Positions 37,812 through 49,610 of a DNA stretch of 64,000 nt are shown in pieces. Source of the DNA: Atractiella rhizophila (Eukaryota); NCBI GenBank assembly GCA_021432655.1, contig MU271226.1, positions 1-64,000 of the forward strand, written 5' to 3'. The first letter of the stretch is position 1. Every line of letters begins with the position of its first letter. The notes beneath the pieces were generated by a model. That model made no database searches. It worked only from the letters and a program-made list of their open reading frames with translations, and was not told the origin of the DNA. The translations under genes and the position numbers were made by a program.

Positions 37812-39098
37812 ATGTCGACCTCAGCCCCCAGTAACTCTCAGCCGCCTTGCCACGTCCTTTCTCCGTCCAAGATCGCCGAACCCTTTCTACAGACGATCCG
37901 GACTACCATCCCTCCAGGAACCAAACCCACGCTCGTTGGAATACTTGCTTCTTCAGATCCAGCGGCAAGGCAGTACGCGGATTGGACGAAGAAGAACTGT
38001 GAGGATCTCGGATTGGGTTATGAGTTGAAAGTGGTGGAAGGCGGCGAAACTAGCGTTGGAAGAGTTGAGGAGGAAATCTTAAAGGCAAATGAGGATGAAG
38101 CGGTCGCGGGAATCATGGTTTACTATCCCATTTTTGGAGGGACTCAGGTTGGTCCCCTCCTTCGAATGGTCTGGAGCTGCACTGATTAGAAATAGGACCA
38201 ATATTTGCAGCAGACTGTGTCGCCACTTAAGGATGTCGAAGGACTGGGGCATTCCTACTTGTTCGTGCTTTCGCGTCTCACTACAAAGATACTTAATTTT
38301 TTCGAGCAGGTTCAACTTGTATCACAACATTCGCTCCCTCTCCCCATTCTCCCTTCCGTCTCACTCCGCTAACCCTGTACACGCATCCGCCTCCACCTCT
38401 AAACAGGTCAAGTCCATCCTCCCTTGCACGCCCCTCGCCATCATCAAAGCTCTCGAACATGCTCGCGTGTACAATACGCTCCTTCCCTATGGTGGGAGAC
38501 TCTATGGACGGGTGATAACGGTGATCAACCGTTCCGAAGTCGTCGGTCGACCCCTTGCCGCCCTTTTAGCGAACGATGGTGCCCGAGTGTTCTCTGTCGA
38601 CATCGATTCGATACAGGAGTTCAATAGAAGAGGAGGAGCGGATAAAGAAAAGAACACATTCTTCCCCCATCACGTCGCCATGCCCTCCAACCTTTCACTT
38701 GACGAATGCCTCAAACTCTCTGATGTCGTCATTACGGGCGTTCCCAGCGACAAGTACAAAGTAAAGACGGAACAGTTGAAGGACGGCCTCGTCGCCATCA
38801 ACTTTTCAAGCGCGAAAGGAGGGAACTTTGAGAAGGATATCAAGGCGAAGGTAGGCTTTCTCTTGTCCTCTTTCCTTTAAAAGGCATGGAGTTGAAGTTT
38901 CACCCGATGGCCACAGGCGTCGATATACCTCAGCAGCATCGGAAAAGTAACCATAACTATGCTGCTACGAAATTTGTGGGTTCTCCCCGTCCATATACTC
39001 GGAGATTTGCATCTTCTCACTGATTTGATGGCAGGTTGCGGTTGACAGAGTATCAAGCAATTGTGAAGGAGGCACAAACTGAAGAACAGCATCCGTGA
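37812..39098 (+). CDS. MTD1: NAD-dependent methylenetetrahydrofolate dehydrogenase
   Basis: GIMVYYPIF, KDVEGL, SILPCTPLAIIK, LYGRVITVINRSEVVGRPLAALLANDGA and GKVTITMLLRNL. Confidence 0.96.
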
Positions 39099-40259
39099 TG
39101 CCTGACTTCCGTCACCTAGATCTAGACTTTACAGTAGGTATGCGTTTGTAGAAGTAAGATTATTGACAGCCCGTAAAATAAAGATCATTGCTCACTCCAT
39201 TTGTTGCTAATTACCATTCATCTAGATGTGCCGCCGGCCAACAGAACCTGCTCTCGTAACATTGCGAGGTGTCTTCCTCGAGATATACAACGAGCACCAC
39301 TCTAGAGATGAAGACCCATAGCTTTTAAGGCGCTTTGTTTTCTCCAGCCATAGTTCTCTCAATTTACGTCAAGTGCGCATCGATTTCACTCATGTAATCA
39401 CAAAGCGGACGGTACAAAGAAATTGCGTGGAGCTGGGGGCGATGCTCTTCTCCCTGAGTGTCTCTGATGGGATGGGGTGAGTTCAAGATACAGCAAGGTT
39501 TAGAAGACCGCTTAAGAGACCTGAAAGACTGACTTCCTGCTTCAGGATAGTTTTCGACATGTTTCGCTGTGAGAACTTGAAGTAAAACAGAAAACAGATG
39601 TTCCCTAGGTCAACGTTTGCTTGGCAGGAACAGACAACTCGGAAGGGTAGACACTGGCAACAACGAAGTCCATTGCCAATAACGTTGATACAGCACCCAC
39701 TGGCGAGTCGTTGTTCTGGTCGGTCTGTAAAGCGGAAGCGGAAGGAGGCGATCCCAGTTCCTTTCCGACAAAATCGAGCCCGTTTTTACTCGGCTGGTAG
39801 CGTTGCTGTCCCCTCGGACCTTTGAGGCTGTTTTGAGATCACAAACGATCTGTGCTGTTGTCTGTTTTCTGTGCCTGTCAACAGATGCTGAATACTCAGC
39901 TGAATAGCGTCCACTCATTCTGATAGATGCCCAAATCAGGTGTGACAGGGATGAGTTTGCTTTCAGCGCGGCGGTCAGGTTACGGAATCGACCCCCCACG
40001 TTGTTGTTACAACGAAGCTGCACTTGCCCGCGACGCTTGGACGACGACTAAAACGCACAGCGTGGGATCAACATTAGGGAAGAATGCCCGGAATGATCAA
40101 ATGGACATGGATGTAATAAAAAGAACAGATCCTTGATTCCTTCCGATCTCCCTTTTTCTTTCGCCTTTCCTTTTGCCAACACGTCTTTTCGACACTTCCT
40201 TTTGGTCGGAATCTCGGTTTCCGTCTCTACATCATTTTCGCTTGTTCTGGTAGTTCAGC

Positions 40260-41293
40260 ATGCTTTGGGAGCTCGCTTTTTGTTCGATGGTGATCGTTGA
40301 GGGTGTTGGCGCTCAAGTCGGCCCAGGTGAGCTGCTACTGTTAGGTCCAAGTAGTTCTTAGCAGAGCAACGTTGTAGGAAACACGACGAGGATAGATGAT
40401 GATGAAACAGATGGATGGGATAAGGAGAACAAACGGATTGCAGCTCATGGTGAGCTCTTCCCGAAACAAAAGAGCGAGTCGTGTGACACCTCTCCACTAT
40501 GTAGCCGCTTGCATGTCCATCGCCTTCCTCCTGCTCTCTCCAATAGGAGTCCTTTCCGCTCGTTTCCTTCGACGCTTCAGGTGGTTTCCCATACATGGTT
40601 CTATCCAAACCATAACGATAGTTGTCGCCATCACTGGTTTTGCTTTCGCAAACCTAGCAGCTGGACCAGGACAACTTTGGGCTACAAATCATCATGTGTG
40701 TTTTCCCGCTCGAATAACACAAGGACCAGCGTATATTGAACTCCTCAAAGCGCATAGGTGTCATTCTTTTCGTTCTGCTACTCCTGCAAGGGATTGGAGG
40801 CGTCATTACACACTACAAACTCTTCCTCTCTACCAGCAAATCGTCCAATCGTCCACTCCCCAATTGGATTCACATCGGTCTAGGCATTTTCGTCCAAGGG
40901 ATCGCCTACGCCCAATTCTTTCTTGGGTTGAATAGTTGGGAGAACCTGCCAACAGGCGGAAAAGACATTCCGAAATGGATACGCTACGCGCTCTACGCAA
41001 TCATCGCGGTGGAAGTCGGCGCTTATCTCGTTGGAGCATTTCTCTGGGATCGTAAAAGTTTCTTTGGAAAGAATGTTAGCACCAAGGAAGGAGCGGCGCG
41101 AAAAGGTGATCGAACTTCCTCAATACCCTTACGAAGTCAGAGTCGGCCCGATAGTCGAGGGTCTTGGACCTTAATCGATAACCTCCCACCTCAATACGAT
41201 ACCATCGTCAAAGAGCCTCGTACTCCGGAAGAACGCCCTCTGTTCGAACAACCTCTCTATGAGCGACCGCCTTACGAACGGCACACTTCATAA
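40260..41293 (+). CDS. Cytochrome b561-domain membrane protein with signal peptide (4 exons)
   Basis: His-bearing TM motifs AAHAACMSIAF, WFPIHGSIQ, NHHRIG and WIHIGLG. Confidence 0.85.
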
Positions 41294-41382
41294 TAGCAAA
41301 ACGTCAGGGACAATGCTTCTTGGGTCTATCATCATCGCATTAAGTATATCTGTATTCCTATCTCCTCTTCCGTGTAACAACA

Positions 41383-44381
41383 TCACTTGTCACCTTTCAA
41401 CGTCTCCGCTGTCTGATCCCTACCTTTCTCTCCTTTCACTACCTCATCTTCTTTATCTGCCTCCAACAACTCCTTGAGCTCCTCATCCAAATCCATATCG
41501 ATATTCTCGTCTAATTCTACAGGCGGACGATGGATCAGAGGCTTGATGAGACGCTCGAAGTATGGATGTTCCGGAGGAGTGGGGTTCGCGGCGCGCACTT
41601 GGTTGAAGTACGCCGTCTGCGGTACAGCGCCAAGTCAATCAGTTCATGGTTAGGCATAATGAGAAGAAGGGCAGGGAGAAAGACGGACGTAGATATCCCC
41701 ATTGTATTTCCCAAGAGGGGAATTGAGAAGGTGATCAGAAAATCCAAACGCGTCTGTCACAGCTATGGTGTACTTTCTGACCTCGGCGCAGAGCTCCGTC
41801 ACCTATTCATCCCTTCTCAGTCTCTCCCACAAAGAAATAAAGGAAGAATACGAACCATCCGAGAAATGACATCCATCTCCTCCCTCCCAAAGAACCCATA
41901 CTTCAGGAACTCCCCCGCGTTCTCCTCCACGCTCCACAAGCCAAAGAGCCTACAAAAAGTCTTCATGGTCTCATGTACACCCTCTCCGACCCGCTCTACC
42001 GGTTTCTCCGCCATCCCATCGACCACTCGCTTGAATGTTCTGAACGTGTACCCGCTCGTATGAATTTTGGCAGCGATGAACCGTTCCTGCGAGCATTTCT
42101 CGAACGCTTCGTCCTTGTGTAGCCCGGCACGCCGGAAATTGGCAAAGGCTTCTGCAGCTCGCTTAACGGCGTGTGCACTGACAGAATCCCAGGCAGAAGC
42201 AATCGTATCTAGGGATGTAATATCTTCGATAGATGCGCCTGCTGGACACTTTGCTGAGAGTGCAACCTCGATGTTGGAGAGGTAGGAGACGCCGGAGGGA
42301 ACGGGAAGACCTTTCATGGCTGCTCCGTAAGATGAAACCAGGGCACGACCCGCTTGGAGAGACCTGTATTTCAACCATCAAAGTTGTTAGCTCTTCAAAC
42401 ATGGACAAAGGGTGCAGAGAGACGAACAATATTGTTCCATCTCCTTCCCATAACGCCTGTACAGCTTGGTCCGCATACATGTTACTGAACCCAGCATATG
42501 CAGAGTATCCGTGTCCACCACACGCCTGTCTACATTCGTCTATGATCTTCAACGAGTTCCAAGTCGAAAAAGCCTTCAATCCAGCTGAGGTACCATGTAC
42601 CTCAGCCAACTTCTGAAACACCTCTTTAGTCTTCTCTTCGTCCGCTGTGATATCGAACGTCTCCAGTTCATTGGTCAACGCCTCAAAGAGCTTCGTCGTC
42701 ACCATCGCCGTGAATCCCATAGCGATGGATTGGGCAAGAAGGGGCATAAGTCGGCGTTGATGGATGGGATAATCGAGGATTTGGGTCTCAAACTAGGCGG
42801 TGATATCCAGCGTCTCATCAGTTTCAATGGCAGGAGGGAAATAAGAATGCGCACAGGATTGTTCCCAGTCTTGAATTGCCGTCGAACCACGCCATACCTG
42901 ATAGCGATGGTCAGTGCCTTCTTCGAGACGTTTGCAGCATCGGCAACCATAGCTGTCCGCCCTGTATCACATCTCGTCAATGTTTAGATTCCTTACAGAA
43001 AATGTAGAACATACCCTGAAGGAGCGCGCCGTAAGTGAGTTGCTGCATAGGGGGAGCGTGCACGGTCCCGTTGCTGGTAACTTGTGTGTATTTCATCAAC
43101 ATGTAGCTATTGGGTGTCAGAGCTGCAAAAAGAGAGAAAGTGAAACCTACGATCGCGGAATCCTGACATTTGTGAACATTATCCATCCGTTATCTGGACC
43201 ACCTCGCTTTAGCCAGGGCATTCCTGAGTTAGGTGAAAGTCAGAACATACCGATGCCGTCGCGACCCATCTTTTTGCCAATGTCACCAATTGTAACACCA
43301 GGATAGAGGCGGTAGGTTCTGTAATGTTGTTATTACCGCTAAGTAGGATAAAGGAGACAGCTTGCTTTGGATCCCGTAGTGGAGTGATGAAAGTCTTGAC
43401 ACCATGATCTTGTCCTCGAATGATGAGGCGAGCGAAAACAGCGCAATGTGTCGCAGTGTGCGCCGCTCCTTCAGCACGCACGCATTGAATTCATGGTTGC
43501 GCGGGATTGAAAGAGAAGAAACTTGCCTCCAATCCACCATTTAGTAGCTCCAATGTTTGGAGTATTGATCACGAACTCGTCTGAGCGCTCATCCCATGTC
43601 GCTGTAGTCTGAAGGCCAGCGACGTTCGATCCTGTGCACGTGCATTATTCAATCAAGAGGAAGGAAGAAACGGCGTAAAGAACCAACCATGTGTTAACTC
43701 TGTCATTCCGAAACATCCTACCATTCCGTTCAAGCCGATGACACCTTTGTCGAGCCAGTAGGAGAACTGGTTCGCCGTTGCATTTGACCTGTGTATACGA
43801 GCGGTCTGAGTCTTGCACAAACGGTCGCAGGGAGACCAAACCGTATGGCTCCTAAGAACAGGCCGTAATGTACGCCAAACCGTGTGTAGAATGAGGGGTC
43901 GATGAGTGAAATGACTTCCATGCTACAAAGTTCTCAGTCCCCCATCACGACGAAGAAGAAAGGTAAGACTAACCGCTTTTGAAAGTCGTCTAATGGTTCA
44001 TTCTGAATCCAGTAGACCATATCACCAAACTTGGCCATCGTCCGCTCTCTCAGCTGGTCTTTGGACACTAGAATATCCGGACAGATGAGATTTATATGCA
44101 GCAGGAAGAGAGAAGTAGGCACGCACGATCATGTATGTCGTCAATCTTGAAATTCAGATTCCTCGACAGCTCGACCATGAACTTCTCTTTCAATTCAGCC
44201 GTACGCTTATCCCTGCATGCATAGCGTCAGCTCTGACCACTTTCAATACCGCTACAAGAAGAGCTGACCCATGGAAAGCGTATGTGAGTGCTCGCTTGTC
44301 GAAAGGACAGTACGAGCGTTCTTTGGCCATGATTTCCATTGGGCCAGGCGGCTGAGGTTTCTGTGACACCTTGAAAGACAT
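41383..44381 (-). CDS. POX1: Peroxisomal acyl-CoA oxidase
   Basis: [63 protein letters not shown] and WEGDGTIL. Confidence 0.96.
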
Positions 44382-44533
44382 TATTGACGGCTGAGGTAGG
44401 TGTGGGGTTTACTTGTTGGTGATTCTAACAGCTGTTTACGAGAGAAAGAGGAATGAGGAGTCGGGATACAGCAATAAGCGAAGCTACCCGGGCTCATTGC
44501 AGTTGCCTAGTTGCCCACTTCCTTTCCTGGAAA

Positions 44534-44549
44534 TCTCGGTTCTCCGAGA
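44534..44549. promoter_or_regulatory. Palindrome TCTCGG-N4-CCGAGA in the POX1/MCH1-like divergent promoter; candidate Zn2Cys6 site
   Basis: Perfect 6-bp inverted repeat with CGG/CCG triplets. Each half is one mismatch from the FarA/Ctf1 fatty-acid element CCTCGG. Confidence 0.4.
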
Positions 44550-44614
44550 CTAATTTCAATTTCGAATTGGAATGGACAATGCCCCTTCAACATTTTGCCG
44601 TTGCAGAATAGAAC

Positions 44615-47150
44615 ATGATTGATAGAATGAAAGGACTTTCTCGTAGGAATGTGACGTTTATTGCCTGCCTAATTGCTGCTTTGTAAGTCCTCAACATCTT
44701 GCTCTTGCTGAAGGTCAGCTGATGAAGGAGCTTCAGGTCAGGTATTTCCTTCCCTTATCTTCGAGCTCTTCCATGATACTTTGCTAATCGACCATGATCT
44801 GAAACAAGCTGGAACGAACTATTCCTTTTCGTGAGTGCCTCCTCTTCCACCATCTGTAACCTTGCTGCTGCTGCTGCTGCTCTAAATTGAAATACCCATG
44901 ATACCTGTTGTCATGCTGGCCGCTTTATTTTCTTGAGACTTAAGCTGAATAACACAGAACAACTTACACAGTCCTGGAATCATGGCGCTGAAGCACGGAC
45001 GGAGCGAAGGTTATGAGAAACCAGCTCTCACAGCAGCAACCTCCCACAGGAGACCTATTTGTTGCGATTTGCAAGAAACTCTTCCATCTACTTCGAGATT
45101 TCGTGTCATCGTCCTGTGAAGAACGGGATTATGAGTCGGGAACACAGTATGACGCCATCAGAAGGCCTTGCACGGGCGCTCAAGGATAGTGCTTCGAGAC
45201 CAAGCTGCTCTATATTCCAGCGATGCTAATTGCACAGTTTGAGCAAACACTGAATGTCTCATCTTCCATTCTAGTTCCTATGCGCCGCAACTCTCCAAAC
45301 GTCTCTCGTTATCCAGCACTTCCCTCAACCTCATCGGTTTCTCGGGCTCACTCGGAAACTACTCGTTCTCTCCCATTATTGGTTCTTTTATCGATAAGCT
45401 ACCCGGACGTCGAAAAAAGGCGGTAGGAATGGCCCTCAGCTCAGCGTTACTGGTAGTAGGGTATGGAGGGACATGGGCAGCCTTTCACGGATACCTGGAT
45501 GGGTTTGGAGAAGGTAATAGGTTGGTGATGCTTATAATCCTCGGCTACCTAACTGGTGAGTGAAAATTCCCGTGAAAGAAAGTGAGGCTAATTAATGCGA
45601 CGGGAAGGCGCGGGTGCAGCTGCGAGCATGGTTGCAGCGCTGTCCTTGACCGCCAACTCGTTCTCTAAAACGTATCTTACCCCTTTAACTACATTCAGGA
45701 TAACTAACCGTTGTTTTCAGATCAAGAGCGACAGCAGCAGCGGCTGTTCTCGCCGCTTTCGCGCTTTCTGCCCTCTTCTACACATCAATCGGACGGCTTT
45801 TACCTGACCCAAAGGCCCAAAGTTATCTTGCTTTGCTCGCATCTCTACCAGCAATGTCCCAATTAGGATGCTGGATTTGTGTTCGAAAAGTGCGTCTGCA
45901 CCCTGTCCTCTGTCTTATCTGACATGGGATGTGTAGGTGAACCTATTAGATGGGGACGTAGAAGTGCAGGAGAGGACGGGATACGAAAGACTCTCCAGCG
46001 AAACCGTCGTGCCTGCCATCTACGATATCGGTGACTCTGATGATGATGAGGACGTTTCGGAGGCAGAGACGGAACGAGGAGACGGAAACCCTCGGGATTT
46101 GCCGGTTCATCACTCGTCGTCCTCTCTCCACCCTAATACGAATTCTACCGATCCCCTAGATTCTCTCGAAGGCGGACCTAATCGACTCTCTATCCATCAG
46201 ACGACTTCCACCCATCGTCTCCTTCCCCGTTCAGCTTCGCGGCACTCACAGACTTCAAAACATCATCATTCCGAAGACATTGGAGGTTTTCAATTGCTCG
46301 CTCGTTTGGACTTTTGGATCCTTTTCGCTGTTTTCCTCATACTCAGTGGTATCGGTCTCATGTACATCAATAATGTTGGGACGATCGTACATGAAGTAGA
46401 AGAAGAAAGCGAGGCGGAGAAGTGGCAGGGTTATGCTGTCGGCGCTATTTCGTTATTCAACTGCTTAGGCAGGGCATTATCAGGTCCGTCGCTCTTTGAC
46501 TCTTACCACATGTATACGAACGCCTGAACCATGGTGTAGGCTATCTGACCGACCATTTTCATTCCAAATATCATCTTTCAAGGACAACTTTCATCTTCCT
46601 CCCCCCATTCCTCTTCCTCCTTTCACTCTCATTCCTCCTCCACTCTTCTGCCATCCTTATCTCCTCCTGTCTTATGTAGGTCCCTTTCGGTCCACTTTTG
46701 GCCTTCAAGCTGATGATCAGAGAAGGGGACTTTCCTACGGTTCTTTGTTTGCAATTGGGCCACTTTTGATAATGGAATGGTTCGGCCTGCGCTGTTGGAC
46801 ACTGAACATGGGTGCATTTCCTTGCCGCTCTCCTCGTCACAGCTAAACATTCTGATAGGCTTATTACTTCTAAGCCCAATTCCCGGCAGCAACATCTTCT
46901 CTCTCCTATTCGGCCGGATGTATGACCACCGTCGTGGATCCTGCGAAGAGATGGGCTGCTTCGAACCAACTCTGCTCACTGCGAGGGCGGCGGCTGTTGG
47001 AGCTCTGGTAATTATCTTCTCAGCTGCGTTCTTCTTAACAGAACTGACGGAAATATCCATCTCCGTATTCAGGTACTAGCATTTTGGGCTTTCTGGAGAC
47101 GTCGCAGGGCGGATAAAGAGCAGAGATATGCGCAACTGGGTTACCAATAG
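44615..47150 (+). CDS. MCH1: MFS transporter, MCH1/nodulin-like family
   Basis: ALSAGTNYSFSSYAPQL (via a 5-nt micro-exon), DFWILF..GIGLMYINNVG, GLSYGSLFAIGP.IMEWFG and GSNIFSLLFGRMYD. Confidence 0.88.
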
Positions 47151-47406
47151 ATGTGTTGGATCGCTGTAGTCATAGAATTGAAAGTTTGGTGGATTCCGAA
47201 CCTCGCGCGTGCTCACGTTAAGTACCCAGAGGGGAACCTTCACAATTGAAGGTTATTGAGAATACTCTGCACAAATCCCCCTTCGTTTTAGCTGCACTGC
47301 GATTAATCGAATGGAGATATGGGCTTGTATTATTGTTTCCTTTGGTCTAAAGCATAGGACCAGGTCCACGCGGCTAGGTAGACCCCTCCACTGCAAACAA
47401 GCCGCC

Positions 47407-48822
47407 TCACCTTAGCACGTCGTCACCCCACTGAGTGGCCAGCCAAGGATCCCCCCATAATTCGCTAGCTGTCGGTCGCTCAGCCGGATCCCACTTGAGT
47501 GTCTTCCGAATGAACGCGAGAAACAGCTCCTTACATTCGCCCTCGAAACGAGTCTCCACATCTTCGAATGATTTCTTGGGTATTGGAACCAGGCCTCTCC
47601 AATTGCCTGGGAGAACGAAGTGAGAAGGAAGAGCAAAACTGGGTGGGCTTGTGCTCACCATCTTCGTCGAAGTACTTCAGGGCCCGGTCACCCTTCAAGA
47701 ACCTTTTTGGGGGCATTCCCATCAGTGCAATCATCTCCGCGAGATGGTGTGCATTCGAAAGCTTCCCTTGACTGTTTTGGGCATGAAACAAATGTTCATC
47801 ATAAACCGTCATCCAAACTAGCATCCCAAGGCCCCAAATATCGACCGGATAGCTCCAAGGCAGGTCGAGGACAACTTCGGGAGCTCGAAAGAGGTCAGGC
47901 ATGATGTCGTCCTTCCATGGCGCGAGGTTACCAAATCGCGTCTGGCCGAAGTCGCATATGACGGGGAAATTGATGGAATAGGGGGTTGAGACAGAAGGGT
48001 AGATTGTGCGATCCGATAGAATCTTGCGAGGGACAGGTGAGCATAATTCTTCTTCCTCAACCTTTGTCAACACAGAAAGGTCCTTCATTGAGAAGAGTAT
48101 GTTTTTTGGCTGCAGATCTGGACGCGGTCTGCGTTAGTATAACAGAATATGTGAGTAGGGCGGAGGCAGACCTGTGTGGATAAGCTGAGCTTCAGAATGG
48201 AGAAAATCGAGTCCTAGAAGGAGGTAGACGACGAGCGACGTGAGAAGCTGCACTGGCCATTTTCCCTGGATGCGATTACGGAGGTCGTGTAAGCTGACAG
48301 CCAGCGGCTCGTAGACTAGGCACGTATGCACTACTTTGTCATTGGAAACCAACGAAAATCGTTCGTCGATGATATGAACATATTGCTTCCCAACATGTTC
48401 CCATTCCTGTGATTTTAAATGGTCGAGAGCATCCACTTCAAAGTTTCCATTTGCAGATGCAGACTTGGTGAGGATTTTGACGACTTTGTACTTTGCTTCT
48501 GCTCTCCTGTCCTAAAGCCAGTCAGCAGTTCATCGTTGATTACTCTTCCTTCTCACCGCAAGTCCCTGCATAGCCAGACTGTCGAAGTAGTCCCAAAACC
48601 GACCTTTGAAATAATTTGATAATGTGTATTTAACACCTGGCCAATCCGTGCTGGAAAGTATTGGGCAGGATTATAGGAAGGTACCGTTTCTTCATCAACG
48701 AGACAGGAGTCTGGTATTCCTTGAAAGCCCGAACTGGGAAACACTCGAGGGGGGACCATGTTAGGAATACGTAGCGTTGGCTTCAGCCACAGGGGCGAAC
48801 TAGTAGAGAATCGTCGCAGCAT
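47407..48822 (-). CDS. SRPK-like (fungal SRPKL) Ser/Thr protein kinase
   Basis: RIGQVLNTHYQIISKVGFGTTSTVWLCRD, IHTDLQPKNIL, DFG, FRAPEV, VDIWGLG and WDPAERPTA. Confidence 0.92.
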
Positions 48823-49151
48823 GACGGGAAGTAGACCTCCTGTCGCTGCCAGCAGCAAAGTGAACTTGAACTACTGGAGTGCAAGGCTGGCCTCTGTAAG
48901 CTGTGTTCTCCACGCTAAATAACCAAATGTGTAGATGTGATAGTGCGACCTTCGCGAGATCGTTGTCACTCCGGCTTGAAAGCAAAGCAATTGAAGGTTG
49001 GAACTTGTCGTGACTTGTCCTGAGTCCTCGTAGAGTATAAAAGTCCTCCCGTTCAAGACCAGTCGAAACTCAAGGACTTGGAGAGTGGGTCATAATCTAT
49101 CAACAGTTCATGCTATAAACATTTTATTTTTACTACGCCACAGCCCCCCCA

Positions 49152-49610
49152 TTAGCGATGATTCACGCCATCGTATCCTCCCTTGGCTTTCACCTGCTCT
49201 TCATCCTCCCTTTTGAGCTGCTCATCGATCTCAGCTCCTCGGTGGACGTTTTTGTTTTCCGGGTACGAAGGCTGTACATTACTTGTCAACATTGTTACTG
49301 ACAATGATGAAAAGACACACAGGCATCTTTGGTTCATTCCGAACTCCTCCTCTCGGCGCGGCTTCCACGAACTCCCTCTCATGCCTGTGCGCCTTCAACG
49401 CATCTTCGGAGGCTCCTTCAAAAGGGCCACCATCTAGCCCAAAGGATCAGCTCCGGCTTGGAAAGTCGCCGCAGGCTGCATACGATGCTTCGATTCCTGA
49501 CTTTTATGATTGATCTGATCACCATGCGCTCCTCCAATAGTACCGCGGGCAGTAGAATCGAGTGTGTGATAGGTTTCTTGGTTGTTGGTTCTGCCGGTGG
49601 TATCGCTCAT
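49152..49610 (-). CDS. Small hydrophilic (hydrophilin-like) protein, ~120 aa, 3 exons
   Basis: Spliced MSDTTGRTNNQ...SKHHGGPFEG...PKMPPSYPENKNVHRGAEIDEQLKREDEEQVK...NHR*. TATAAA about 80 nt upstream of the ATG. Confidence 0.75.

Noticed and set aside
41383..41400. PTS1 or read-through peroxisomal signals
   Set aside because: POX1 ends in GDK (many fungal acyl-CoA oxidases lack PTS1). No TGA-CTA read-through followed by an SKL-like end was seen at the stops checked.
26040..47150. Secondary-metabolite cluster (P450, hydrolase, Zn2Cys6 TF, b561, MFS)
   Set aside because: No PKS, NRPS or terpene backbone gene, and housekeeping genes (MTD1, POX1) are interspersed; co-regulation cannot be shown from sequence.
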